From positions 1,536,001 through 1,600,000 of the forward strand of contig CAXXJV010000001.1 in NCBI GenBank assembly GCA_963663475.2: a DNA stretch of 64,000 nt, read 5' to 3'. Below the pieces are notes generated by a model, which did not search any database, was not told where the DNA came from, and saw only the letters and a program-made list of their open reading frames with translations. A program made the position numbers and the translations under genes. This stretch comes from Candidatus Cloacimonadales bacterium. GTDB taxonomy: Bacteria; Cloacimonadota; Cloacimonadia; Cloacimonadales; JAFGVF01. Positions 29,753 through 39,463 of this stretch are shown piece after piece. How positions within the stretch are numbered: the first letter of the stretch is position 1; each line of letters opens with the position of its first letter.

Positions 29753-30115
29753 TTAGTCAGTTGAAATTATAAAGTCATTTACTGGGTTGCCATTTACAAT
29801 GTGTTCTGCTACAACTTTTTTAACTTTTTCGGCATTCATGTTGCCATAAGTAACACTTTTTTTGCCATCGATGATTACATCAACAACAGGTTCCATTGAG
29901 GACAGTCCTTTTTCTCCAGTTTGAGTAACTAAAACATCATGAAGCTGTCTGTTTGCTACTTCGTCTAAAAAAGCTTTCATAACTTCACGAGCACCCATAG
30001 CAATTCCAGATGTTCCCATACCTACAACAACTTTTACTCTTGTTTCACTGTTTCTTAGTTTCATGTCGTTTTGTGCTTTCTCTCTAATTTTTCTTAAATC
30101 AGCTAGAGTTTTCAT
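29753..30115 (-). CDS. Thioredoxin-like ferredoxin subunit (HndB/HydD-like), cysteine-free
   Basis: VVVGMGTSGIAMGA...TGEKGLSSMEP...EHIVNG aligns to HndB, but there is no Cys in the protein. Confidence 0.85.
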   Translation of the reverse strand: MKTLADLRKIREKAQNDMKLRNSETRVKVVVGMGTSGIAMGAREVMKAFLDEVANRQLHDVLVTQTGEKGLSSMEPVVDVIIDGKKSVTYGNMNAEKVKKVVAEHIVNGNPVNDFIISTD

Positions 30116-30450
30116 TATACGACCTCCTAATTTATTTATTTGTTAGTAAATTCATCCCAAAATTTATTAAATCCAAAATTATCTAAATTCCACAAAACTG
30201 TCAAATATTAAATCTACTAAGAATAAAAAATAATATTTGCTAACTGCTTAAAGAGTGATATTATATAGGTTAGGAAATAAAAAAATATCTAAAAAAATGA
30301 TAGCTAAGTCACTTTATAATTCTTTTTTTCAAGAATTAACTTAATTGCATAAAACTTGTCTTTTCCTTAAGAGAAGAAAAAAAAATACTACATTTATTGA
30401 CAGCTATATCAGATATTTTTAATAGGAACTATTATTAATAGGTGATTTTT

Positions 30451-32139
30451 ATGAAAACAATGAAAAAGACGATAATAGAAAACATTAACGACGCAATTGA
30501 AAGATATCCGAATCAGATAGCTTTGACCTGGCTTGGGGAAAAAGGTATCACATATAAAGAACTTGGTAAGAAGTATAGAAAAGTAGCTCAACTCCTTAAA
30601 GAACAAGGTATTAGATATGGCGATAAAGTCGCTATCCTCAGTGAGAATTCTCCTAATTGGGGAATAGCCTATCTAGCAATAGTTTCACTAGGAGCTGTAG
30701 TTGTACCAATATTAACAGAATTTCATGAAAATGAAATTCATCATATTCTAAGACATTCAGAAGCAAAAGCTATCTTTGTATCTAATAAGCTCTTCCCAAA
30801 ATTCGAAACTTTGTTTGGAGCTGGCAAAGATATTATAGCTATTGATATTGAAGGATTTAGTATAAAGAACCCAACTTCTGCTCTCAATAAGCTGAAAACT
30901 ATGCTCTTAGATAGACGTGATTCTATGCTAGATAAAACTGGTATTATTGGAGAAATTGCTGGATTTAAACATAAACAAGTTGATGAAAATGATATTGCCG
31001 TTATAATTTATACCTCTGGAACTACAGGTCAATCTAAAGGGGTTATGTTAACTCATAAAAACCTAATCACTAATATATTAGCCTGTTTTGATGTGCAACC
31101 AATGGATCATAATGACAGATTAATATCTATTCTTCCGCTTCCTCATACTTATGAATGCACTTTAGGTTTTCTATTCCCTTTGATGCATAATAGCAAGATT
31201 ACCTATCTAAAAAGACCACCTACAGCAAGTGTTCTTCTTCCAGCCTTAGCTAAGGTTAGGCCTACTATAATGTTAACCGTTCCTCTTATAATGGAGAAAA
31301 TCTTCAAAAATAAGATTCATCCTGCTTTAACATCCAAACCAATTTCAAGATTTCTCTACTCAATCCCTATGATAAGAAAACTACTCCATAATCTTGCAGG
31401 AAAAAAACTCTATAAATCCTTTGGTGGTCAGCTGAAATTCTACGGTATTGGTGGTGCTAAAATTGCCTCTGATGTTGAAAAATTTCTACAAGACTGTAAT
31501 TTTCCTTATTCCATAGGTTATGGTCTAACAGAGACTTCGCCACTTGTAGCTGGAGCACCACCTGCTAAAACACGCTACCGTTCTACTGGACCAGTTGTTT
31601 TTAATCTCAACTATAAGCTGATTAATAAGAACCCACAAACAGGAGAAGGGGAGATTGTTGTTAAAGGCGATAGTGTGATGAAAGGGTATTTTAAGGCTGA
31701 AGAAACTACCAAATCTGTCTTTACCGAAGATGGCTACTTTAAGACTGGAGACTTAGGACTAGTTAAACGGGGCTATCTCTATATCAAGGGAAGGTTAAAG
31801 AATGTAATTATTGGTCCTAGCGGAGAAAATATCTATCCAGAAGAAATTGAATCGATCATTAATGAAAATGAATTCGTTATTGAATCTCTTGTACTTGAAC
31901 AAGACCAAAAACTCCTTGCCAGAATACATTTGAATTATGACTATATAGATCAGATTTACGGTTCTCATGCAAATTCTGAAACTAAAATAAAAAGAGAAAT
32001 CACTAAAATTCTTGAGAATATCAGGACTGATGTTAACTCAAAAGTCTCAAACTTCTCAAAAATTACCAAAGTCGTTGAGCAAGCTGAACCTTTTGAAAAG
32101 ACCCCTACTATGAAAATTAAAAGGTATCTGTATAAGTAA
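30451..32139 (+). CDS. Long-chain fatty acid-CoA ligase (AMP-binding)
   Basis: YTSGTTGQSKG, GYGLTE, FKTGDLG. Confidence 0.92.
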   Translation: MKTMKKTIIENINDAIERYPNQIALTWLGEKGITYKELGKKYRKVAQLLKEQGIRYGDKVAILSENSPNWGIAYLAIVSLGAVVVPILTEFHENEIHHILRHSEAKAIFVSNKLFPKFETLFGAGKDIIAIDIEGFSIKNPTSALNKLKTMLLDRRDSMLDKTGIIGEIAGFKHKQVDENDIAVIIYTSGTTGQSKGVMLTHKNLITNILACFDVQPMDHNDRLISILPLPHTYECTLGFLFPLMHNSKITYLKRPPTASVLLPALAKVRPTIMLTVPLIMEKIFKNKIHPALTSKPISRFLYSIPMIRKLLHNLAGKKLYKSFGGQLKFYGIGGAKIASDVEKFLQDCNFPYSIGYGLTETSPLVAGAPPAKTRYRSTGPVVFNLNYKLINKNPQTGEGEIVVKGDSVMKGYFKAEETTKSVFTEDGYFKTGDLGLVKRGYLYIKGRLKNVIIGPSGENIYPEEIESIINENEFVIESLVLEQDQKLLARIHLNYDYIDQIYGSHANSETKIKREITKILENIRTDVNSKVSNFSKITKVVEQAEPFEKTPTMKIKRYLYK

Positions 32140-32293
32140 ATGGCTAAAGCCTTATCACAGAGACAAAGAGACAGAGAGACGGGGAGAATCCCTGAGCACT
32201 TTCCATGTAAAATTACATGAATTGTGTCGTTCCATAAAAGTGGACTAGTAAATTAAATGAACTAGGAACACAAAATGGAAAGAAAAAAGAATA

Positions 32294-33850
32294 CTATTTC
32301 ATTAATAACATTTTTTTTGTTTGAATATCAGTATCAGTTTTTATTTTAGAGAAATATATACCTGTTGCTACACTCTTTCCTCTTTCATCTTTACCATTCC
32401 AGACCAGACTGTGTGTCCCAGCACTAGTTTCTTCATCTAATAGCGTTTTCACCAACTGTCCTTTGATATTGTATATCGACAAGTTCACTTTACCTGGTTT
32501 AGGGATATTGAAAGAAATTGTTGTTTCAGGGTTAAATGGATTGGGATATATCTTTGAAGTAACTTTAGGCAAACTATCAATATCTTCATCAGTATTAGCT
32601 ACAGATATCATTAATTCACTATAGATGAATTCACTACCATCACTAGAAAAATATCCAAATCTATCAAAGCAATTAAAGGTTCTCGATGAAGAAGAAAAGT
32701 TATCTCCTATATTTTCACTATATAAAAGGTCAAGTTGGTCATTATACACTCTTAGAGTAGTATCGTAGTCATTATTAATTACAATATAGTCTTTTGATGT
32801 AAAAATTCCATCTGGTATATAGAGAAGCTGAACTTCATTAAATTCATATTCATTACCTGATTTTATATTATTTGTGAGAAACCAACCCTCATACCTCGCA
32901 AGAAAAGTTATGTAGCTGTTATCAGAAGCTTTCACAAGATTCCCTGTATCATATTCTTTTAAATTAGTGATAATTAGTTCATTATTACTAATAGATAAAT
33001 CAGCAACTGCCCTCCCATTATTTCTTTTGAGTAAATAGGGTGGGATATCATAAATTAATTTATCATTGATACAAAAAATTCCACTTCTATCACTAAAGTA
33101 TAAAATATTCCCTAAGTTTTGGCCTACTTGTGAATCAATTATCTCATTAACTTGTTCAAAATTACTATTAAAGACTCTATATGAGAATGGATCGTCATTT
33201 TGGTATGTATAAAAATCTGATGTTTGAATATACATATTTTCCACGAAAAGAACATCGTTATAATACATTGTATTCATCCAATATTGAAGTTCATAGGTAT
33301 CAAAGTTAAGAATAAAGTTTTCATATACCTCATTCGTTTCATCTATTGAACTACCTAGTAATATCTTGTCATCAGATAAAAGTTGTCTGAATACATAATT
33401 TTCATTTATATCCTTAATATTAATTAATTGTTCACTATCACCTAAATCATTTAACAACAATATATAATCAATCGTTGCTGTTTCATCACCATCCCATTCC
33501 TGCAGATTCTTATCAGTTATATGAAAGGCTTCTCTATTAGTTAGAAAACGATAATAGACAAATATATCATCTATAGATTCCACGACACTATTTAATTCAA
33601 TATCAATTATTGATTCTTGAGAAGAAAAATCATAATCACTATCTAAAATAAATTTGCTTATTGTTAAGGTTTGACCAGCTAATTCCCAATCATAGAATCT
33701 AACAAAATCATCTTCAAACTTATCATAGACAATTTCTTTATAACTGAATGGCACGAACAAGGTATCGACCTCGCTAAAAGAAAACTGGATTTCATTTCCA
33801 GATAAGACCATACTAACACAAGCTAACACAAATACTATTACCCTTTTCAT
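32294..33850 (-). CDS. Secreted protein with FlgD-Ig/T9SS-like C-terminal sorting domain
   Basis: Signal peptide; YPNPFNPETTI...IYNIKGQLVKTL...WNGKD...KKMLLMK. Confidence 0.85.
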   Translation of the reverse strand: MKRVIVFVLACVSMVLSGNEIQFSFSEVDTLFVPFSYKEIVYDKFEDDFVRFYDWELAGQTLTISKFILDSDYDFSSQESIIDIELNSVVESIDDIFVYYRFLTNREAFHITDKNLQEWDGDETATIDYILLLNDLGDSEQLINIKDINENYVFRQLLSDDKILLGSSIDETNEVYENFILNFDTYELQYWMNTMYYNDVLFVENMYIQTSDFYTYQNDDPFSYRVFNSNFEQVNEIIDSQVGQNLGNILYFSDRSGIFCINDKLIYDIPPYLLKRNNGRAVADLSISNNELIITNLKEYDTGNLVKASDNSYITFLARYEGWFLTNNIKSGNEYEFNEVQLLYIPDGIFTSKDYIVINNDYDTTLRVYNDQLDLLYSENIGDNFSSSSRTFNCFDRFGYFSSDGSEFIYSELMISVANTDEDIDSLPKVTSKIYPNPFNPETTISFNIPKPGKVNLSIYNIKGQLVKTLLDEETSAGTHSLVWNGKDERGKSVATGIYFSKIKTDTDIQTKKMLLMK

Positions 33851-33997
33851 TTCCACTCCTTTTTTTGTTATTGATGTTCTATTACACCATAATATATAAT
33901 ATGACTATACAACAAATTTAGATAAGTGAGATTGAAATACTCACAAATAACTACAGAGCTCTATAGTTATTATTAATATATTTTATTATTCTGTCAA

Positions 33998-36379
33998 TTA
34001 TTTCATCAACATTATTTTTTTAGTCGTTGCCATTTTACCTGATTTTATTTTTATAAAATATAATCCTGTAGCAACTTTTTTACCATTATCGTCATCACCA
34101 TTCCAAACAACAGTATTATTTCCTCTTGCAAAGACATCATTCGCTACTGTTTTCACCTTTTGACCTTTAATGTTATAAATAGTAATGTTAACATTTTTAT
34201 CTAGATTATTATTAAAGTTTATAGATGTAGTGGGATTAAATGGATTTGGATAGTTAGTGGCATTTAGTTCTGTTACAAGTTCAAGACCATCATCAATGTT
34301 GGGTGTATAACCTGGAAATTCATAACAACCGAGATCTATTATATTGTTATGTATTCTTGGATTTCCATAAAGATCTAGTTCAGCTGGGACAAACCACTCG
34401 GGAAGCCAAGCAAAACTACTATTACCAGCATCTATTGCAGGAGACACCTCTCCTATGTCTCCACCTCTTAAATGATAGTAGGATGCTAAAGCTGGATCTC
34501 CTCCTACAAAGAGTGGGTCTTGGTTATAGATATTATTATCCCCCAATATTAGCTCTGCTCCAGATAGATTACTTACTTCTAAGTCTGAATCTCCAAAAAG
34601 ACAGTTGTCTATGTCTAAAACTTCATTAGTAAGTGATAAATCCCAGGGTTGATTATTGTTCATAAAGATATTGTTTCTATAAACTGTATTTGTGCCACTA
34701 TTCATTATAGTACCAAAGTTAGGACATCCACTATTATTGGCAAAAGTACAATTAGATATTGTTGTATTTTCTCCCATATTGGCAAACATTTTACATTCAC
34801 CAGCAACATTGTTAGCAAAAAGGCAGTTGTCTATTACAACTTCTAATGAGTCAGCCCAGTCTATAAATCTAAATAGAGTCCAACCATAATAATCAGAAGT
34901 ACAATGATTATCAATAAATTCTGAGTTAGTAACCTCTACTCTGTTCATAGCTACCACATTACCAATACCTTTTCCATTTTCATTAATACAAGTGTTATTA
35001 TAGACCTTAACATTGTTCATAACAACATCTAACGCTTTAATAGAAAAAGCTGGGTAACTCTTTATTGAATGATTATTCTGGAAAATTACATTATCAAGTT
35101 TAACTTTACTAATATATATTCCATCTACATATAGAGTGGTCCAACTATTAATATTGCTAGCTTCAAACACTACATTCTCAATTGTAAAGTTATCGATACA
35201 AGTTGTTAACACAGCAGATCCTTCTCCATTGCTAATACTCATATCTTTTATCGTGATGTTCTCTCCAAAAAATTCAGGTATGATAGTCCCATTTCCCCAA
35301 CTATAGATATTAGGATTACCTATTATCTTTGTCTCTTCTGCTGAAACTCCTTGTAAGATTGTGTTACTTTTTAACCCAATAGGTATATTAGTATGCCCCC
35401 ATAAATTGTGTTCATAGATTTCAGATGTTAGTCGTATGGTTTTAGGGTTATCTCTATTGCTAGAGATTATGGTATTAGCCCTATAAATTGTACGAAGTGC
35501 TTGGTCAGGTGTTAAACCAGAATTGTTATCATCCCCATTATTATCTACATATAGGTCTTCATCAACCTCCTCATGCATACCCTCATTTACATCAAAAGTT
35601 CTATAGGGTGTATAGCCATCTTCTATTGCCTCAACAAATCCTTCAAAAAAATTTACATAATAGCGTTCATAAGATGCTTTAGTAAATTTATCTAAATAGA
35701 TATCAGACACTGCACCAAAAGGTAACTCCCAGTACATATCCGCTCCTAACGAGGCATAGTTATCATAAAGGGAACATCTGTTGCTCTCCGAAAAGGTGAT
35801 TGTTGGTTGTTCACTTACAGTACCTTGAGTACATATACCTCCTCCTGACATTAGTGCCAAGTTATTATTTATAGTACATGCAGCTAGATGTACAGTAGCC
35901 TGGTAATTAATAATTATCCCTCCCCCTAAATCTGCATAATTATCATAGATTTGAAGATTTACAATATTAAAACTACTCAAGGCGAGACACAAACCGCCCC
36001 CTATAGTTTTAGTGCCATCCTGATAGCCACTTCCTCCTGTTATTGATAATCCTCTTATTTCAAACTCTTTATCTCCAACAGTGCAATATAGAGTACTACC
36101 ACTTTGGTTACCATCTATGATAGTTGTAGAGATAAAGGTGCTATCATTGGTTATTGCTTCTAATGAATAGAGTTTTAGGTTGTTAGCATAGCTTAAATCA
36201 ACATTTTCATAATAGGTTCCTGGATAAACTAATACAGTATCTCCTGTAGAAGCCTGATTAACAGCCATCTGGATTTCTGTACATGGTTTAGTACCATCTA
36301 GTGAGACTTCAAGGGTATTAGAAAAGAGAGAGGTAAGACCAAGTAATATCAAAAGTGTATAAAATAATTTTAGTTTCAT
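33998..36379 (-). CDS. Secreted right-handed beta-helix protein with FlgD-Ig/T9SS-like C-terminal domain
   Basis: IQMAV...GDTVLVYPGTYYEN, GGGI repeats, GDDNNSGLT, SPAIDAG, IDLGCYE; C-terminal YPNPFNP. Confidence 0.85.
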   Translation of the reverse strand: MKLKLFYTLLILLGLTSLFSNTLEVSLDGTKPCTEIQMAVNQASTGDTVLVYPGTYYENVDLSYANNLKLYSLEAITNDSTFISTTIIDGNQSGSTLYCTVGDKEFEIRGLSITGGSGYQDGTKTIGGGLCLALSSFNIVNLQIYDNYADLGGGIIINYQATVHLAACTINNNLALMSGGGICTQGTVSEQPTITFSESNRCSLYDNYASLGADMYWELPFGAVSDIYLDKFTKASYERYYVNFFEGFVEAIEDGYTPYRTFDVNEGMHEEVDEDLYVDNNGDDNNSGLTPDQALRTIYRANTIISSNRDNPKTIRLTSEIYEHNLWGHTNIPIGLKSNTILQGVSAEETKIIGNPNIYSWGNGTIIPEFFGENITIKDMSISNGEGSAVLTTCIDNFTIENVVFEASNINSWTTLYVDGIYISKVKLDNVIFQNNHSIKSYPAFSIKALDVVMNNVKVYNNTCINENGKGIGNVVAMNRVEVTNSEFIDNHCTSDYYGWTLFRFIDWADSLEVVIDNCLFANNVAGECKMFANMGENTTISNCTFANNSGCPNFGTIMNSGTNTVYRNNIFMNNNQPWDLSLTNEVLDIDNCLFGDSDLEVSNLSGAELILGDNNIYNQDPLFVGGDPALASYYHLRGGDIGEVSPAIDAGNSSFAWLPEWFVPAELDLYGNPRIHNNIIDLGCYEFPGYTPNIDDGLELVTELNATNYPNPFNPTTSINFNNNLDKNVNITIYNIKGQKVKTVANDVFARGNNTVVWNGDDDNGKKVATGLYFIKIKSGKMATTKKIMLMK

Positions 36380-36387
36380 AAAGCTTC

Positions 36388-36525
36388 CTAGGATTTAATG
36401 ACTTCGTAATTCTGAGATCCAACTTCTTCCCAAGTAATTTCTGGATAGAGATTATAATTAACTTGACTAGCAAAGACCAACACGACAAAACTGAACAATA
36501 ATAAAAGTGAGATTATTTTTTTCAT
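36388..36525 (-). CDS. Small secreted protein, 45 aa (SQVN family): MKKIISLLLLFSFVVLVFASQVNYNLYPEITWEEVGSQNYEVIKS
   Basis: AGGAGGAG RBS; ATG 36525, TAG 36388-36390; resembles 11519-11719; below the ORF-track cutoff. Confidence 0.65.
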   Translation of the reverse strand: MKKIISLLLLFSFVVLVFASQVNYNLYPEITWEEVGSQNYEVIKS

Positions 36526-36617
36526 ATCTCCTCCTATTATATAGACCCTAAAAAAACTAATATTTTTATTAGTTTACCCTATTTGATTGATATATAAATA
36601 TTTACGAGAGGTAAGCG

Positions 36618-37577
36618 ATGGATAATGATTTTAAAGAGTATTTTAATTATGCCAAGGAAATTGCATATAAATTAGTTAAAGATTATGAATCAGCTGAGGA
36701 CATTGCAAGTAATTGTGTGGTTAAACTTGAAAAGGTTTCAAGAACAAGAGAGGTTGCTAATCCTAAAGGATGGATTAGAAAGGTAGTTACTAACTCATGT
36801 AATGATTATTTTAATAAGCAAAAAAGACTATTGGAAGTTCCCTTAGATGAAGAAAAACTTGAATATTTTGCTTATAGAAATGAAGAAAATAGTAGTAAAA
36901 TTATAGATTTTGAGATCGATTTTAGTAAGTATCCTTTTCTTGAACATAAAGATAGAGAAAAAAAGATATTAGAGTATTTCTATATAGAGAAAGAATCAAA
37001 AGCTAAAATTGCCCAGAGATTTAAACTTAAAGAGAATAAAGTCAGAGAATTAATATATAAATATACTAATGAAATTGAGTTATATCATTTAATTGATAAT
37101 AAGACCCTATTTTTTAAGTTATTACCTTATACCAACCTTACCCTTAAGATTAATAATTTCATACATAAACTAAAGATCTGTCTTAATAATAATGATTTAT
37201 CTTCTATGAAACGATACATGAAAAATGCTAAAGTTAATGACTTTTCAAAGATTAAATTTAAAGAAATGAAGTCATGTAAATTACAGTATATTGATGAACA
37301 AAGCTATTGTCTTTTAGTTGTTTTTATTAATCAAGCTAATAAACACAGCTTTTTTTTCATAGAGTTCATTATAACAAGCTCTGGCAATGTACAAGTAATT
37401 GAATTTCCTATCTGGCCTCAAGGAGTTCTACAAATTGATAAAAGCAAATTAAAAAAAGAAATTAAGCAAGAAGACCTAGATAGCTTCAAGGGTTCTTATA
37501 ACGAAAGATTAGGAAGTTATGATGAATTGAAAGAAAAAGGTATTGCTAAAAAAATTCAACAAAAAGATAAGTTTTAA
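36618..37577 (+). CDS. ECF-like sigma-70 factor with long C-terminal extension (paralog of 11814)
   Basis: AEDIAS...WIRKVVTNSC; shares EIxLYH, LPxTxL, INNF and IEFPI motifs with the 11814 ORF. Confidence 0.75.
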   Translation: MDNDFKEYFNYAKEIAYKLVKDYESAEDIASNCVVKLEKVSRTREVANPKGWIRKVVTNSCNDYFNKQKRLLEVPLDEEKLEYFAYRNEENSSKIIDFEIDFSKYPFLEHKDREKKILEYFYIEKESKAKIAQRFKLKENKVRELIYKYTNEIELYHLIDNKTLFFKLLPYTNLTLKINNFIHKLKICLNNNDLSSMKRYMKNAKVNDFSKIKFKEMKSCKLQYIDEQSYCLLVVFINQANKHSFFFIEFIITSSGNVQVIEFPIWPQGVLQIDKSKLKKEIKQEDLDSFKGSYNERLGSYDELKEKGIAKKIQQKDKF

Positions 37578-37710
37578 TTTACACACTCCTAATTAATTTT
37601 AATGCTTACCCTTGACCATCTATAACAAAACCCTTACAGGTCAAAATACAACATCAAGACCAAAGTACTTATCGTTTTTAAGGATAATAACCTCTATCTC
37701 CAAATATCAT

Positions 37711-37738
37711 TTGACATTTTCCCCTATTAAATGATAAT
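37711..37738 (+). promoter_or_regulatory. Putative promoter of the smpB operon
   Basis: TTGACA-N16-GATAAT. Confidence 0.55.
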
Positions 37739-37826
37739 GGAATGAAAGGTTGAAAGTGGTGTCATGTAGTCACAAGCAAGCAATATTAACCACTTCAACA
37801 ATAATTCATAAAGATTGGTAATAATT

Positions 37827-38303
37827 ATGGCAAAACAAAATAATAATAATAGAATAAGAGAAATTAAGAATAGAAAAGCAAGGCATGAATACTTCTTTGT
37901 TCAAACATATGAAGCTGGTATTGTCCTTAAAGGAACTGAAATTAAGTCAATTAGACAGGGTAAGGTCAGCTTTAAGGATTCCTATGCAAGAATTGATAAA
38001 CAAGGTGAGGTCTGGCTTCTTAACTTGCACATATCACCCTACGAGAAATCTACCTACTTCAATCATGAGGCAACTAGACCTCGTAAGTTACTCTTAAACA
38101 AAAGGGAAATCAAGAAGATGAACTCTAAGATTGTAGAAGGGGGTATGACGCTCATACCTGCTTCTATTTACATAAATGAAAAGAGTCTTTGTAAGGTAGA
38201 ACTAGCAATTGCTAAAGGTAAAAAGAATTATGATAAGAGAGAAGTTTTGCAGAAAAAGGATCAACAAAGAGATGCTGAGCGTTCTAAGAAAATGCATTTT
38301 TAG
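37827..38303 (+). CDS. smpB: SsrA-binding protein SmpB
   Basis: NRKARHEY, EAGIVLKGTEIKS, RKLLL, KGKKNYDKR. Confidence 0.97.
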   Translation: MAKQNNNNRIREIKNRKARHEYFFVQTYEAGIVLKGTEIKSIRQGKVSFKDSYARIDKQGEVWLLNLHISPYEKSTYFNHEATRPRKLLLNKREIKKMNSKIVEGGMTLIPASIYINEKSLCKVELAIAKGKKNYDKREVLQKKDQQRDAERSKKMHF

Positions 38304-38311
38304 GAAGTCTG

Positions 38312-39463
38312 ATGCAAAGTAAAAGAATTCTATTCCTAAGCTTCTTTCTAATAGTTTTTTTCCCCCTCTTAAGTCAGATAAAAATCCAATATGCTGACAG
38401 TCAGGAGTATTATGTCCTAGATACATTTTCTCATGAAAACATAAATTACTTCAATTTAGATGATTTTAACAAGATAGTTAAGGGGCAAGTAAAAGAAATA
38501 CTTTTAGATGATCGTCTTCATTTTTATCTATTTAAGAAAGAGATATCCTTTTGTTTAGAGTCTTCTTTCGCCCATGTAGCTTCCTATAGTCAAGAAACAG
38601 GTATGCTGGAAGATGAATACTATAATTTTTATTATCCAATTAAGTATATTGATGGAAAATATGCACTTCCTGAACACTTCTTGCAAGAAATTCTTCCTCA
38701 GGTATATCCTAACTCAGTCTCATATAGTGGAGATTTTCTTTTGTTAAATGAACGCAATAAATCATCACTAGAGACTATTGTTCTAGATCCTGGGCATGGG
38801 GGAAAGGACCCAGGAGCTGAAGGAGCTAATGGACTTCAGGAGAAGCACATTGTTCTGGCAATTGCCAAAAAGCTCAAAGCAAGATTAGAAAGTGAATTAG
38901 ATGTTAGGGTTCTTTTAACTAGGGATGATGATTCTTTTATTTCTTTAAAAGAGAGAACAGAGTTTGCTAATACTAATGAAGCAGATCTTTTTATATCTAT
39001 TCATACTAATGCAGCTGAGAATAAGAAGGCTCATGGGGTAGAGGTATATTATCTTTCAGAAGCTAAGAATGATGAATCACGAGCTGCTCAAGCCCTAGAA
39101 AATGCTGTTGTAGAAGAATTTGAAGGTCAAGATGCTCTTCGTGAATATACCCAAGCAGATTATGTGATTAGTGATCTAATTCAATCAGCCCAGTTAATAG
39201 AAAGTATTAATTTAGCTTATAAATTTCAGAATAATTTGATAGTTGAAAGTCAAGCTAGGGATAGAGGAGTAAAATCAGCTAACTTTTATGTTCTCAGAGG
39301 TGCTTATATGCCTTCTGTTTTAGTGGAACTAGGTTTTATCTCCAATTATGAAGAAGGCAAAAAGCTAAATAATACTAGTTATCAAGATAAATTAGTTGAA
39401 AGTTTATTCTATGGAATAAAATCTTTTAAACTTCATAATGACAGGAATAATAGTTTAGAATAA
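38312..39463 (+). CDS. N-acetylmuramoyl-L-alanine amidase (Amidase_3)
   Basis: IVLDPGHGGKDPGA, EK, FISIHTNA, VLVELGF. Confidence 0.92.
   Translation: MQSKRILFLSFFLIVFFPLLSQIKIQYADSQEYYVLDTFSHENINYFNLDDFNKIVKGQVKEILLDDRLHFYLFKKEISFCLESSFAHVASYSQETGMLEDEYYNFYYPIKYIDGKYALPEHFLQEILPQVYPNSVSYSGDFLLLNERNKSSLETIVLDPGHGGKDPGAEGANGLQEKHIVLAIAKKLKARLESELDVRVLLTRDDDSFISLKERTEFANTNEADLFISIHTNAAENKKAHGVEVYYLSEAKNDESRAAQALENAVVEEFEGQDALREYTQADYVISDLIQSAQLIESINLAYKFQNNLIVESQARDRGVKSANFYVLRGAYMPSVLVELGFISNYEEGKKLNNTSYQDKLVESLFYGIKSFKLHNDRNNSLE

Noticed and set aside
32155-32190. Short GAGAC-type tandem repeats after the acyl-CoA ligase
   Set aside because: Only three or four degenerate 8-mers, single occurrence; not enough to call an element.
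37815-38303. tmRNA (ssrA) next to smpB
   Set aside because: No GGGG...CCACCA tRNA-like ends or tag reading frame found nearby.
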